A stretch of 64,000 nucleotides of DNA from Mustelus asterias (taxonomy: Eukaryota), in NCBI RefSeq assembly GCF_964213995.1, contig NW_027590186.1:1-64000 (forward strand). Direction: 5' to 3'. The position numbers were made by a program, and so were the translations under genes. This document shows, one piece after another, positions 38,824 to 51,104 of this stretch. The first letter of the stretch is position 1. Each line of letters opens with the position of its first letter. The notes beneath the pieces are model-generated. The model searched no databases. It saw nothing but the letters and a program-made list of their open reading frames with translations, and was not told the DNA's origin.

Positions 38824-39512
38824 TGTAATGGGCATCTTGTTGATTTTCAGCCTGGGCTAATACAGTGACCTGGAGTTTTATAATCCTTTTGGAATTGTTG
38901 GGTGGAGCCTGATTGAAAGGTCAGTGCTGTCTTTGGACAGTTTTTTTTTAACAGGAGAAAGTTTTAGTTTCATTTTGTCACAAGCTGTCTGGACTGCAAA
39001 CTGAAAGCAGTGTTTGTCGTCTCTCTCTCTAGAATGAAGATTCCGCTGCCTGAGAGTTGCCAGCTGGAACATAGAAGCAAGCAGTCTCTCTCTCTCTCGG
39101 TTTTGGAAGTTCCAGGACAGGGAAGGCAGAGTTTGAATTCAACATTTTAAGCGCTAATTCACAGCAGGTGTTAAAAAGCTGCCAAATCCAGCATCACGTG
39201 AGCATACCTGCTTTCTGTGCAAAACCTAGAATGGGGTGTATATTTGTAGGGATTATTTGATTTGGAACACTAAGCTGCACTGGTTGATATAAGCAAGATC
39301 ATGGTTGCTTTTTATTGCAATTGGTAAAAGTTATGCTATTTTTTCTAATTATATTTTAACTGTGTTCTTAAATTAACTTTGTTTGATAAAAGCTTCCTAG
39401 TGGGTCACTTGAATCGTACCTGGAGTGAAACACCTTACACTCACTCGAGTGCAAATCTTCTGGCGAGGCTGATTTTCTAAAACACCTTGGATTTCTGACC
39501 TGGATCATAACA
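38824..39512. mobile_element. Probable solo LTR
   Basis: TGTAATG...CATAACA inverted termini around about 690 bp of non-coding DNA; no clear TSD. Confidence 0.45.
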
Positions 39513-40209
39513 CATTTCACCCACATTCAAGGTGAGTTATTCAAATTCCTTTATTGTCCAGGACAATATGTTTGCAATATTTTTAAAACAGAAATTCGAC
39601 CTCCACAGTTAATTTCAGGTATTAACGTATTCTGTTAGTTTGTTCTTTATTGTCGATGTCAGGCTGGGGTTGTTCCCCTTGGAGCAAAGGAGGTTGAGGG
39701 GAGATTTGATAGAGGTAGACAAGATTCTTACAGGTTTAGATAAGGTGGACAAAGAAAAGCTGTTCCCATTCGCTGATGGGACAAGGACGAGGGGGACATT
39801 GATTGAAGATTTTGGGTCAGATATGCAGGGAGAGATGTGAGGGAGAATATTTTGATGCAGCGAATGGTAATGACCTGGAACTCGCTGCCTACGAGGGTGA
39901 GGGAAGTGGAGACAATAAACAATTACAAAGGAAATTGGATGGGGCATTTGGGGGATTTCAAAAATAAATACTGACGAAATATCTCTGAATTTCCTAACAC
40001 CGTCTTACTCTGTGATCCTTGTGAAATCTGAAACCAGGGATTCGCAACAAGACTCGAAGAGCATCAGCCCACTGGAGGCAAAGTCATGAGACCGGCCAGT
40101 CCAGCAGAAAGAAACCCTCCGACCCTCCCCATTGGCCAAGAATGAACAAAATGCAGTCCTGGATGTAATTGAGAGCAGAAACAATAACAGCAGAATCTAA
40201 TCCCCATAT

Positions 40210-41136
40210 TCACTTGTGAACTTGTTGGTGTGTCAGCAGGGTGGATGAATCACAGAACTCCTTCCCACACTGAGAGCAGGTGAATGGTCTCTCCTCGGTG
40301 TGAACTCGCTGGTGTGATTGCAGGGTGGATAACCGAGTGAATCCCTTCCCACACACGGGGCAGGTGAACGACCTCTCTTGAGAGTGAACTCGCTGGTGTC
40401 TCCGCAGATTAGATAACTGAGTGAATCCCTTTCCACACTGAGAGCAGGTGAATGGCCTCTCCCCAGTGTGAACTCGCTGGTGTGACTGCAGGGTGGATAA
40501 CCGAGTGAATCCCTTCCCACACACGGCGCAGGTAAATGGCCTCTCCCCGGTGTGAACTTGCTGGTGTGTCTGCAGGTTTGATAAATGAATGAATCCCTTC
40601 CCACACTGAAAGCAGCTGTATGGCCTCTCCCCAGTGTGATCTCGCTGGTGTGTCTGCAGGTTGGATAACTGGGTGAATCCCTTCCCACACTGAGAGCAGG
40701 TGAACGGTCTCTCCCCAGTGTGAACTCGCTGGTGTGCCCGCAGTTGAGATAACTGAGTGAATCTTTTCCCACATGCAGAGCAGCTGAATGGCCTCTCTCC
40801 TGTGTGAACACGCTGGTGTCTCTGTAGGTTGGATGACTCAGTGAATCCCTTCCCACACTGAGAGCAGGTGAATGGCCTCTCCCCAGTGTGAACTCGCTGG
40901 TGTGTCCGCAGGCTTGATATCTGAGTAAATCCCTTCCCACACTGACAGCAGGTGAATGCACTCTCACCAGTGTGAACTTGCTGGTGTCTCTGCAGAGTGG
41001 ATGAATCAGTGAATCCCTTCCCACACACCCAGCAGGTGAACGGCCTCTCCCCAGTGTGGCTGCGCCGATGAGCTTCCAGTAGAGAGGGCGCTTTGTATCT
41101 CTTCCCACAGTCCTCACATTTCCACGGTTTTTCCAT
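40210..41136 (-). CDS. C2H2 zinc-finger protein ZNF-5 (308 aa, 11 fingers)
   Basis: [10 protein letters not shown] start; 11 intact fingers; ends HK*. Confidence 0.9.
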   Translation of the reverse strand: MEKPWKCEDCGKRYKAPSLLEAHRRSHTGERPFTCWVCGKGFTDSSTLQRHQQVHTGESAFTCCQCGKGFTQISSLRTHQRVHTGERPFTCSQCGKGFTESSNLQRHQRVHTGERPFSCSACGKRFTQLSQLRAHQRVHTGERPFTCSQCGKGFTQLSNLQTHQRDHTGERPYSCFQCGKGFIHLSNLQTHQQVHTGERPFTCAVCGKGFTRLSTLQSHQRVHTGERPFTCSQCGKGFTQLSNLRRHQRVHSQERSFTCPVCGKGFTRLSTLQSHQRVHTEERPFTCSQCGKEFCDSSTLLTHQQVHK

Positions 41137-42589
41137 ATTGTCGGTCTCCTTGTATCATTGCAGGTCAATCATTTGAAGCCTTGTCCACACAGAGAACACG
41201 TGTACAGTCTCTCCTTGCTGTGAATGCTGCAATGTATTTTCAGGCTGTGTAACTGGTTAAAGCTCTTTCCACTGTCAGTGCACTGGAACACTCTCACTCA
41301 GGTGTGTGTTTGTGTCCCGGTGTTTTTCCAGTCACACTGTTGCTTAAAATCTTGCAGTGGACAGACCGGTCAAACATTTCTCCTTCCCATTCAGAGGCTG
41401 AGGATATTTAGTATCCAAGGAATCGAGTGACTCTGTCAGATCGAGATGTGATAGTTGAGATTTATCAGTGTGATTCCTCTTCTAATATCCTGTAAAAACA
41501 ATTTACAAAATTCATCACAGTCAGTACAGGATAGAAATTCAGAACAGACAATTCTAGTTTCCATGGAACATTCTTTCCTCTCTCATTCCCCAAAAGCTGT
41601 GAATCTCCATCCCACACACTCTCCCTCCATTCTCACTCTGCTGTATCTAATATTCACCCTCCCAATTCTCCTGAAGATGCTGATTGAGGCTGATTGACAG
41701 ATCCATGCTCACGGTTTCCTGTCCTGGACACAGAGAGCTGAAAGTCTCCATGCAGGCTGCCAGTCCAAAAGAAATATGGCTACATTCTCGATAAAAATGT
41801 TTTAAATGGATTGTTTCAGTTAGTGAAGATACAGGGGGGTTGTGACTGATGATGATATTGAACTTGCTGCCAACGTGGGTGATCAATAGAGTTTTACAGC
41901 ATGGAAAGAGGCCCTTCGGCCCATCGTGTTTGTGCCGGCCATCAAGCACCGTTCTATTCTAATCCCATTTTCCACACTTGATGTGTAACCTTCCATACTA
42001 TGGCATTGCAAGAGCTTATCTAAATTCTTCTTAAATGTGATGATGATTCCCACCTCTACCACCCTTTCAGGCAGTGAGTTCCAGATTCCCACCACCGTCT
42101 GAGTGAAAAAGCTTTCCCTCACATCTCCTATAAACCTACTGCCCCTGAACTTAAATCCAGGCCCCTGGTTATTGACCTCTCTACTAAAGAGAAAAGTTCC
42201 TTCCTGTCCCCCCTATCTGTGCCCCTCAGAATTTTATACACCTCAATGTTAGGCTGGATAACTTGTTCTCCTTGGAGCAAAGTAGATTGATAGAGGTGTA
42301 CAAGGGTACATGGAGGTGTCAAAGTTTACATGCTCTGTTTACACGTGTACAAGCTCTGACCATGGGTCATCCAGTCTCGAAACGTTGGTTCTATTCTCTC
42401 TCCACAGATGCTGTCAGATCTGCTGAGATTTTCCAGCATTTACTGTTTTACTTTCCCTTTCTTTTTCCTTCTCTGTCACCGCTCTGCCTCATCAATAAGA
42501 CATTGGGACTCAGAGGGTTGATGCAGTTTGATGGACAAGTTGTCTCCATTCTGAACACTGGGGAACAAGCTCCTCCCACTGATTGACAA

Positions 42590-43010
42590 CATTGCCCTTT
42601 ACAAACATGGCGGCCACACGTGCGCACTGCTGCATATTGCCCCCAATAAAGATGGCGAACGTTAACCCGAAACGAACATGAGGAGCTGCAGCCCCGCTCG
42701 GTGCAAACTGGGTCCGGGAAGCTCTCTTCCGCATTTTGCGACTCTCACAACATGCTTACACAGCGTTTCCACCCACCAGGACGATCCATTGCTCTCTCCG
42801 TACCGCCAATCACCTCGAACAGATTTCCGAGCCCAAAATAACCGTTTTCCATCGCCTTTACTCACACTGCGCATGCTCGAGTCAAAGTTGGCCCCGCCCC
42901 TCGTTTGCTCCTAATGGTTGGAGGACCAACCGCTCCTGATCGGGCCTCCAGCTCTGCCCCCTCTTCCCATTGGTCCACGCTGCCGTCAATCAGCCGGGCA
43001 TTGTGACGGT
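42590..43010. promoter_or_regulatory. CpG-rich promoter module upstream of ZNF-5
   Basis: YY1-like (aacatggcggc, aagatggcg), NRF1-like (tgcgcatgc), GC and CCAAT boxes; inverted homology to 48760-48910. Confidence 0.65.
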
Positions 43011-43044
43011 GACTTGCTGCTTGTCCAATAATCACAGTGACAGA

Positions 43045-43233
43045 GTCTCAGTGTAACAATGACACACACAGGCTCCAATACAATCAGAGTGGGGATGGAG
43101 CACAGAGACAACACAGCAAAGCACTGACTTACTCTGAGTGTAACAATGACACACACAGGCTCCAATACAATCAGAGTGGGGATGGAGCACAGAGACAACA
43201 CAGCAAAGCACTGACTTACTCTGAGTGTAACAA
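43045..43233. repeat. 87-bp tandem duplication (about 2.2 copies)
   Basis: Direct repeat; appears as a 29-aa repeat in the overlapping ORFs. Confidence 0.85.
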
Positions 43234-46200
43234 ATACAATGCTTGTTCAAATAATAAGAGTCACGTTGCAGTATGTTAGTGAACACAGCATTTGATCCAA
43301 TGTAATGGTAATACAGTCAGTATCTCGTGCACCATAACCAAAGTTTAAGTTTCATTTGATAGTGTGAGTGAGTCATGGTCCATTGATATAATGTATTTAG
43401 ATTCCGGTGTGTGTTACTCTGCCACTGTCAGTATCAGACAATAACCTGTCTGTTATTCCAATTCTGCTGTATTTTACAACTGCAGCTCCTGGGGCTGATT
43501 GGAGTCTGGTATAATAATCAGAAAGGTCGGTTTCAGTGTCTCTGAGGTCATTTTAACTGCAGGTAATCTGACATTAAGGGAGACAAGAGGCCCAACAAAC
43601 ATTTGATTATAATAGGAGGACAAAGTGTAAGGGAACAATGATATTTTACGGTGTCTGTGTTATGGTGAGTGTCACTGGGAGGTGAGTGATAAAATACAAG
43701 TGGAAACATCATGACAGAGACACATGTGACTGACTCGGCCTGACTGAGAGCTGTTATACTCGAGGCGAGAATAATGAGGATATGGGGAACTCCAGGGATT
43801 CCTGATATCTGAGGGGAATCTGTTAGAGGAACTGAAAATAATCAGTTCCTTCTCATGGTTATCTCCAGTTCGCAAGTTACAGAGACACACAGGAAAGAGA
43901 TCTGACAGCTCATCAAACCCAATGTTTAAATCTTCTGTTTGAGACACATTATGACCGAAAAGATCAAATATTAAAACCTTCGGAGAGAAACATTCAGAAT
44001 GTCACAAAGATGAGTGAACTGTCCAATTAATCCCATTCACCATAACTCTGCCAATTTACCTTCTGCAAGTATTTATCCAATTCCCTTTGAAAGGTACTAC
44101 TAAACCTGCTTCGAGCACCTGTCAGTTTGTGCATTCCAGATCATATCAAGTTATTGTGTAAAACATTCTCCTTATCACCCCCTCCAGTTCTGTTGTCAAT
44201 TAAGTTAAATCTCTGTGTCCTCTGCTTACAGACCCTCCTGCACCGGGGAAATAGATTCTCTCCATCGACAAACCCTTGTGCTCCTGGGAGATAATTTCTC
44301 TCCATTGACACTATCATAAATCATTTGTCATTTTAAACACCTCTCCCCATTACATTCCCTGATCTAAGGTGGATAACCCATGTTTTTCCTGCCCTGAAGA
44401 ATTATATGGACTCAAAATGTTAACTGTTTCTCTCTGAACAGATGCCGCCGGATCTGCCGGGTTTTTCTGCTTCTCTCCCTGTTTTTCCTTCGAAAATCAA
44501 TCAGAAACTCTTCATGATTTTGAACAGCTCGATTAAATAGGAACACACAAAGCCTGAGAGAGATACAGAGGAAGGGAGAGACAGAAAGACAGAGAAAAAT
44601 TGAGAAAGATTTAAAAAGCAGAAAGATGAGGAAGGTCAAAGATAAAAGCTGAGAATCAGAGGAAACAAGCAATACAGAGAGAATGCTCTGTATATAAGGG
44701 AGCAGGCTATCAGTTCCCAGCTATGGGAAGCAGAGGGAACTCAGTAACTGATCCACAGACACAGCTGGTTATATCTGAGAATGGAAACTCTGAACAGAAA
44801 TAACTGGCTCATTTGTAAATGTCACCACAATGTGACCTGTGAGATTCTGCCCTGACTCTGTGGACAGATATCGGCCGCATTGACAGATGTTCTCACCAGA
44901 TTGTGGTCCCTGGATTTATTTTCTGCTCAGAAGTGAGATGTGAGGTTTGGAACCGGCAGCAGGGAAACAGGAAGTTGTGATACCTGAGAATGAAACAGCC
45001 GGCGTCAGTTTGATGTTATCACCGTGAACAGTCTTCCTGTCTGTGAGGGTGAACTCACTCTGACAGCATCAAGAACAACCACACAGATTGCTGCCGCTCT
45101 CAGCATTACATTCACCTCCATTCCCATTTTAAACAATAAAGGAGATTATTTGGACTTTTAACACATTCACTGAATTGGGAGATGGACTGAGGGTCATCAC
45201 TGGGAGAAATGAGGAGGAATTAGAGAACAAATGAGTTTTCCCAAAGAGGGTTATTAGAAAAGAGGAGATTTAAAGTGAGTCAGGGCCTGTCAGAGGAAGT
45301 GGGAGAGAGAAACAGAGAGGATTGAATCTCCATCAATTAGATGTTTTCTCAGACAGCGAAGAGAGATGAAGTGTGTTTGTGCTTTTTGAGAGAGAGGTAA
45401 TGAGAGAGAGAAAACAATGAATAAGTTTAAGCAGATCTGAAATAGGAAGGTTAAATGAGTGAGTGTTTGAAAGAAAGATAGAGAGACGTTAAGTGATGAA
45501 GACAGTTTCTGAGAGGAGAGAGGTGAAGTGAATGTGAGAGAGGAGCGAGGTTAGAGTGTAAGAGAGGTGGAAGGTAAGGTAAGTGTGAGTGAATGCCTGG
45601 AGAGAAAGAGAGATGTTCAGTGAGTGTGAGAGAGATGAGAGATGTTAAGTGATTGAGTTTCTGAGGGAGAGGAGATGCTAAGTGAGTGAATGTCTGAAAG
45701 AGAGGAGAGCAGGTTCACACCCAGGGGTCACTGAGAATGATCAAAATAAGATCACCCAAAAAACTACCAACAGGAAACTTCAGCTGAACACATCACTCAT
45801 TCTTAAATGGTCAGTCAGGGCTCTGTTGCTGCTCAGCTTCTCTCTGTTCTGTTTCTAATGGTTAAAGGCTGATAGGAGTGAGGTTTATTTAAAAGGATAG
45901 TGTATGGGAAGCACACAACAAAACTGAGAATTTTTGGATCCACACTGCAGCTCCTTCTCTATCTGGGAATCAAATTGTTGTCTAATTGTCCCAGCAGTTA
46001 ACAGGCTCCTTTGAACGTCTCCAGCTGCTACTTTGATGCAGACTTCAACCAATTTATTTAAAGCCAGTTTCTGTTCAATAAACCAGGACTGACACACACA
46101 CACATTAAAATGTTTTAGACTTTTTTGCATTTTTAGTCTGGAAACCTAAACCTGCCGTTTCACTCTCAGTCAGGAATAGATCCCAGTTTTACACCAATCT

Positions 46201-46618
46201 TTGACAGCACGTTTCCAGCATTCACCATTGTTCTTCCTAACTCTAAACACAGTTGTAAAAGAGCTTCTGTTCCGTGTCTCGGAGCTCGGAACCATGGAAA
46301 AGAACGACTGGGACACATTTCTTACACACCTCAGGATTCACCCACACGGGGACTTTGCTGTCAGTGAAAAGTGACGAAAAAGACCAAAGTGCTGTGTGAC
46401 CCTCTCAGCGTGACCCTGAAGGACTGGGTCAAGAATGAAGTTCTGTTCCTACTGTGTGATCCTCCCTCAGATTGCCCTTTCTGAGCTCCAGCCTGGTGAC
46501 GTTAAACACTCAAATGAAAAAGACAAAAATCTACAACAATGATTCAATCAAATGTCTATTTCACATTTATTCAGAATATCAAACCTCAACAGAAGAAAAA
46601 AGTCAGAGTGAAGATGAT

Positions 46619-47767
46619 TCAGACCTGGATATGATTAACAGCATCGATAAGTGTAGAATCCAAACCTTGCAGTCGTTTGTGAACTCGCCGGTGTGTTAGC
46701 AGGTGGGATGACTGAACAAATCCCTTTCCACAGACATTACAGGTGAACGGCCTCTCCCCAGTGTGAACTCGCTGGTGTTTCAGAAGATAAGAGAAATGAG
46801 AAAATCCCTTCCCACAGACAGAGCAGGTAAATGGCCTCTCCCCACTGTGAACTCTCTGATGTGTCAGCAGGTTGGATGACTGACTGAATCCCTTCCCACA
46901 CATGGAGCAGGTGAACGGCCTCTCCCCAGTGTGAACTCGCTGGTGATTCAATAGGTTGGATGAACGAGTGAATCCCTTCCCACATACGGAGCAAGTGAAT
47001 GGCCTCTCCTCACTGTGAACCTGCTGCTGTGTCAGAAGGTTGTATGAACGGGTGAATCCCTTCCCACATTCAGAGCAGGTGAACGGTCGATCCCCTGTGT
47101 GGAGTTGCTGGTGTATCAGAAGGTTGGATGAATTAATGAATCCCTTCCCACAGTCTGAGCAGGTGAAGGGCCTCTCCCTAGTGTGAATTCTCTGGTGGTT
47201 CAATAGGGCAGATGGATGGCTGAATCCCTTCCCACACACACAGCAGGTGAATGGCCTCTCCCCAGTGTGAGTATATTGGTGCGTCAGCAGATCTTTTTTA
47301 TTTTTAAAGCTCTTCTCACAGTGGGAACAATTAAAAAGTTTGTTATCAGAGTGAACAAGTTGATGTGTCTGCAAGTGGGATGACTGAATGAATCCTTTCC
47401 CACACACACAGCAGGTGAACGGTCTCTCCCCAGTGTGAATACGTTGGTGCGTCAGCAGATCTTTTTTGCATTTAAAACTCTTCCCACAGTCAGAACATGG
47501 AGACAGTCTCTCATCAGTGTGAACAAGTTGGTGTGTCACAATGTGGGATGAGCGAGTGAATCCCTTCCCACACACAGGGCAGGTGAACGGCCTCTCCCCA
47601 GTGTGAACCCGTTGGTGAGTCAGAAGGTTGTATGAATGGGTGAATCCCTTCCCACAAACAGAGCAGGTGAACGGTCTCTCCCCAGTGTGACTGCGCTGAT
47701 GAACTTCCAGTTGTGATGGGAAACTGATTCCTTTCCCACAATCCACACATTTCCACTGTTTCTCCAT
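46619..47767 (-). CDS. C2H2 zinc-finger protein ZNF-6 (382 aa, 13 fingers, finger 9 degenerate H>Q, 18-aa read-through tail)
   Basis: MEKQWKC start; the family stop TGA is replaced by CGA. Confidence 0.9.
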   Translation of the reverse strand: MEKQWKCVDCGKGISFPSQLEVHQRSHTGERPFTCSVCGKGFTHSYNLLTHQRVHTGERPFTCPVCGKGFTRSSHIVTHQLVHTDERLSPCSDCGKSFKCKKDLLTHQRIHTGERPFTCCVCGKGFIQSSHLQTHQLVHSDNKLFNCSHCEKSFKNKKDLLTHQYTHTGERPFTCCVCGKGFSHPSALLNHQRIHTRERPFTCSDCGKGFINSSNLLIHQQLHTGDRPFTCSECGKGFTRSYNLLTQQQVHSEERPFTCSVCGKGFTRSSNLLNHQRVHTGERPFTCSMCGKGFSQSSNLLTHQRVHSGERPFTCSVCGKGFSHFSYLLKHQRVHTGERPFTCNVCGKGFVQSSHLLTHRRVHKRLQGLDSTLIDAVNHIQV

Positions 47768-48599
47768 GGTGCTGGTGCCCTTGTGTTTCTCCAGGTTGGA
47801 TGATCAGTTCAAGCCTCATCCACACACACAACATACACGTAGTTTCACCCTGCTGTGAACTGTGATTTTTTTTCAGGCTGTGTAACTGGTTAAAGCTCTT
47901 TCCACAGTCGGTTCACTGGAACACTCTCACTCGGGTGTGTGTTTGTCCTGCTGCTTTTCTGGTCACACTGATGTTTAATTTCTTTGCCCACAGGCAGAAC
48001 AGACAAATATTGCTCCTTCCATATTCAAAGACCGATCATATTCAGCTCCGAAGGAACTGAATGACTTTGTCAGATGTGATGTTCGGTTTGAGTTTTCTGT
48101 CTGCCATTCCTTCACTTTGAATATCCTGTAAAAACAGTTTAGAAAAGTCATCACTGTCAGAACAGGATAGAAACTCTGAACAATTCTAGTCCTACTGGAA
48201 CATTTTTTCCTTTCTTGTTCCCCCAAATCTGTAAATCTCCGTCCCACACACTCTCCCTCCTCCCTGCGCTGAAATCCAAACCCATCTCACCATTTCTTTC
48301 CTCCACTCCCAGTTTTCTCCCTCCCTCTCCTCTGTCTGGGTTCAGTTCTCCAGCTCCTGTCTGCAGACTGACAATAAAACCAATGGGTCTTATTGGGGGT
48401 GTTGGGGCCTCCAGCGGGTGTTTGTGAATCCTCCCCGCCCACCTCCCAGGGTTTCCTTCCTTCCCAGAGATCAGAGTCCTCATTGATTTGAGGCCAAAGT
48501 GTAACCTCTTATTTATTGTCCCCCTCCCCCATCCTCTGATGTGAACCATCCTCCAGTGGCTGAGCCAGGATGGGGCCGTTAACCTGGGCCTGTTCCCGG

Positions 48600-49180
48600 G
48601 AGGGAGGGAGGGAGAAGCCCCGCAGCTGCAAACCAGGGAGCTGACAATGATTCTGAAGGGTTTGCGGATCCACAAAGTGTTTCCAAATCCTCCCAGCCAC
48701 CGCCTAACGCTGACTCCGCTTCTCCGGGACAAACAAGCGCCAAGGACAGCAATGACACTGCGCATGCTCCACATCACAATGCCCGGGCACTGATTGACGG
48801 CAGCTCCGGACCAATAGGAAGAGGGGGCGGGGCTGGAGGACCGAGCGGGAGCGGCTGGTCCTCCAACCAATCGGAGTGAATGAGAGGCGGGGCCTGTAGC
48901 ATGCGCAGTGCGGGTAATGACGACGGATGGACGGTTTTAACTCGGTAGCGAGATCAATACGAGGTAGAGGGCGGCGTGCGAGGAATGATAAATGTGGCGG
49001 GTGGGTGGAGAGGCTTTGTAAACATGTTGTTCAAACCCAAACCCCGGAAATGAACTTCCCGGTTCCCCCCCTTTGTACCAAATGGAGCGGCAGCTTGTAG
49101 TGTTAGACCCGGGCTGACTGCCGCCATTGAGGCTGCATGTGGGAGGCCGGCAGGGATTGTGATCGGAGAGTGAAGCCCTG
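48600..49180. promoter_or_regulatory. CpG island / bidirectional promoter of ZNF-6 (and possibly ZNF-7)
   Basis: High CpG; two NRF1-like sites (tgcgcatgc near 48759, gcatgcgca near 48899), CCAAT boxes, GC boxes, ETS-like ccggaa, YY1-like gccgccatt. Confidence 0.7.
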
Positions 49181-49345
49181 ACGTCACAATGGAATGGGTG
49201 AGAGTGTGAGGTCACAATGGAATGGGTGGGAGTGTGAGGTCACAATGGAATGGGTGAGAGTGTGATGTCACAATGGAATGGGTGAGAGTGTGACGTCACA
49301 ATGGAATGGGTGAGAGTGTGATGTCACAATGGAATGGGTGAGGGT
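49179..49345 (+). repeat. 28-bp tandem repeat x6 (TGACGTCACAATGGAATGGGTGAGAGTG)
   Basis: Six direct copies; each has a CRE or CRE variant and a GG|GTGAGA donor-like motif. Confidence 0.88.
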
Positions 49346-49394
49346 TCCAGATGAGCTGACACTGGGCTGGAGTCGGGCGATGGCACTGACATGT

Positions 49395-49700
49395 GGCCCG
49401 GTGGCACAGTGGTTAGTGCAGCTGCCTAACAGCGCCAGGGACCCGGGTTCAATTCCAGCCTCGGGTCGCTGTCTGTGCAGAGTTTCTACATTCTCCCCGT
49501 GTCTGTGTGGGTTTCCTCCGGGTGTTCCGGTTTCCTTCCACAGTCCAAAGATGTGCAGGTTAGACAGATTGGCCATGATAAATTAACCCTTGGTATCAGG
49601 GGGATTAACAGGTAAATATGTGGATAGGGCCTGGATGGGATTGTTGTCGGTGCAGGCTCGATGGGCTGAATGGCCTCCTCCTACAATGTATTTTATGATT
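49395..49700 (+). mobile_element. HE1/V-SINE-type SINE
   Basis: Head, core and tail. Confidence 0.85.
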
Positions 49701-49825
49701 CATTACTGTTAATTAATTAATTACTTTGAATGAAGGTGGTCTTGATGATGATGTGGACGTGGTTGGAAGCTCATATTGGGATGAACTATTTCACCCTGGT
49801 TGTGAACAGCCTGTTTCAGCCTCAG

Positions 49826-50196
49826 ACAGTAAGTAATCTCACAACACCAGGTTAAAATCCAACAGGTTAATTTGCTGGCATAAGCCACAGGATTTTGGAG
49901 CGCTGCTCTTCATCAGGTGAGTGGGAGTTCTATTCACAAACAGGGCACAGAGACACAAACTCAATTTACAAAATAATGGTTGGAATGTGAGTCTTTACAG
50001 GTAATCAAGTCTTAAAGGTACAGACAATGTGAGTGGAGAGAGGGTGAAGCACAGGTTAAAGAGATGTGTATTGTCTCCAGCCAGGACAGTTAGTGAGATT
50101 TTGCAAGCCCAGGCAATTTGTGGGGGTTACAGACAGTGTGAGTTACAGATAGTGTGACATGAACCCAAGATCCCGGTTGAGGCCGTCCTCATGTGT
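49826..50196 (-). mobile_element. Penelope-like fragment
   Basis: Same family as 28810-29207 (THEDGLNRDLGFMSHYL* plus pLTR). Confidence 0.8.
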
Positions 50197-51104
50197 GATT
50201 GACAGATCCATGCTCACTGCTTCTTGCCCTGGATGCAGAGAGCTGAAAATTTCCATGCAGGCTGCCAGACAAATAAATGTCTACATTACTGGAGTAAAAA
50301 TGTGTGGAATATACAGACCGAATTCACTTCACTCCCTTCAGTTGCTGCAAGTCCCCAATTTCCCCAGAATGAGAAAAGAAATGGAAAGGGGGAAACATTG
50401 ATTTCCTCCCAGATGTTGTCCAGAAGAGGAAGTTTCAATCTGAAGCTCATTGGACAACTTCCGCATTGTGACGTCACAATGGAGCCTGCCTGAATCAGCG
50501 AATAGGAATCTCTCTTCCGACATCAAGAGCTGATGTTTCTTGTCTCGATGACCCTTTGTCAAAGCTCTGAAACATCAGTTCTTTTCTCTCCATACAGATG
50601 CTGCCAGACCTGCTGAGAATGGGGAGACAGTGTGTGGGATGGAGATTTACAGCTTTTGGGGAATGAGAGAGGCAAGAATGTTCCATAGAAATTGTCTGTT
50701 CTGAATTTCTATGCTGTACTGACACTGATGACTTTTGTAAACTCGTTTTACAGGATATTGAAAGAGGAATCACAGGCCGAAATCTCAAACGTCATGTCTA
50801 GACGTGACAGAGTCATATTCCTTGGGACCTCAATATCATCGGACTTTGAATCCAGAAGGAGAAATGATTGTCCAGTCTGTCGATTTGAAAAGATTTGAAA
50901 TGTCAGTGTGAGTGAAAAAGCATCAACACACTGCCACACTTGAGTGAGAGTGTTCCACTGCACTGACTAAAGAGCTTTAACCAGTTACACAGTCTGAATA
51001 AATATCACACCATTCACAGCGGGGAGAGACTGTAATCTTGTTCTGAGTGTGGGCGAAGTTTCAACTAATTGTCCAGTCAAGAGAGAGGTAAGGACACCTG
51101 CACC

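Noticed and set aside
42995-43070. CACAGTG + 22 nt + ACACACACA, with adjacent DYW..VTVT-like text resembling a JH segment
   Set aside because: Poor nonamer (CA microsatellite), broken WGxG motif, no splice donor, and the VTVT portion is part of the paralogous promoter motif gtcacaatgcccgg. At most a cryptic RSS.
44940-44970. FGTGSR J-like motif
   Set aside because: No upstream 12-RSS and no downstream donor.
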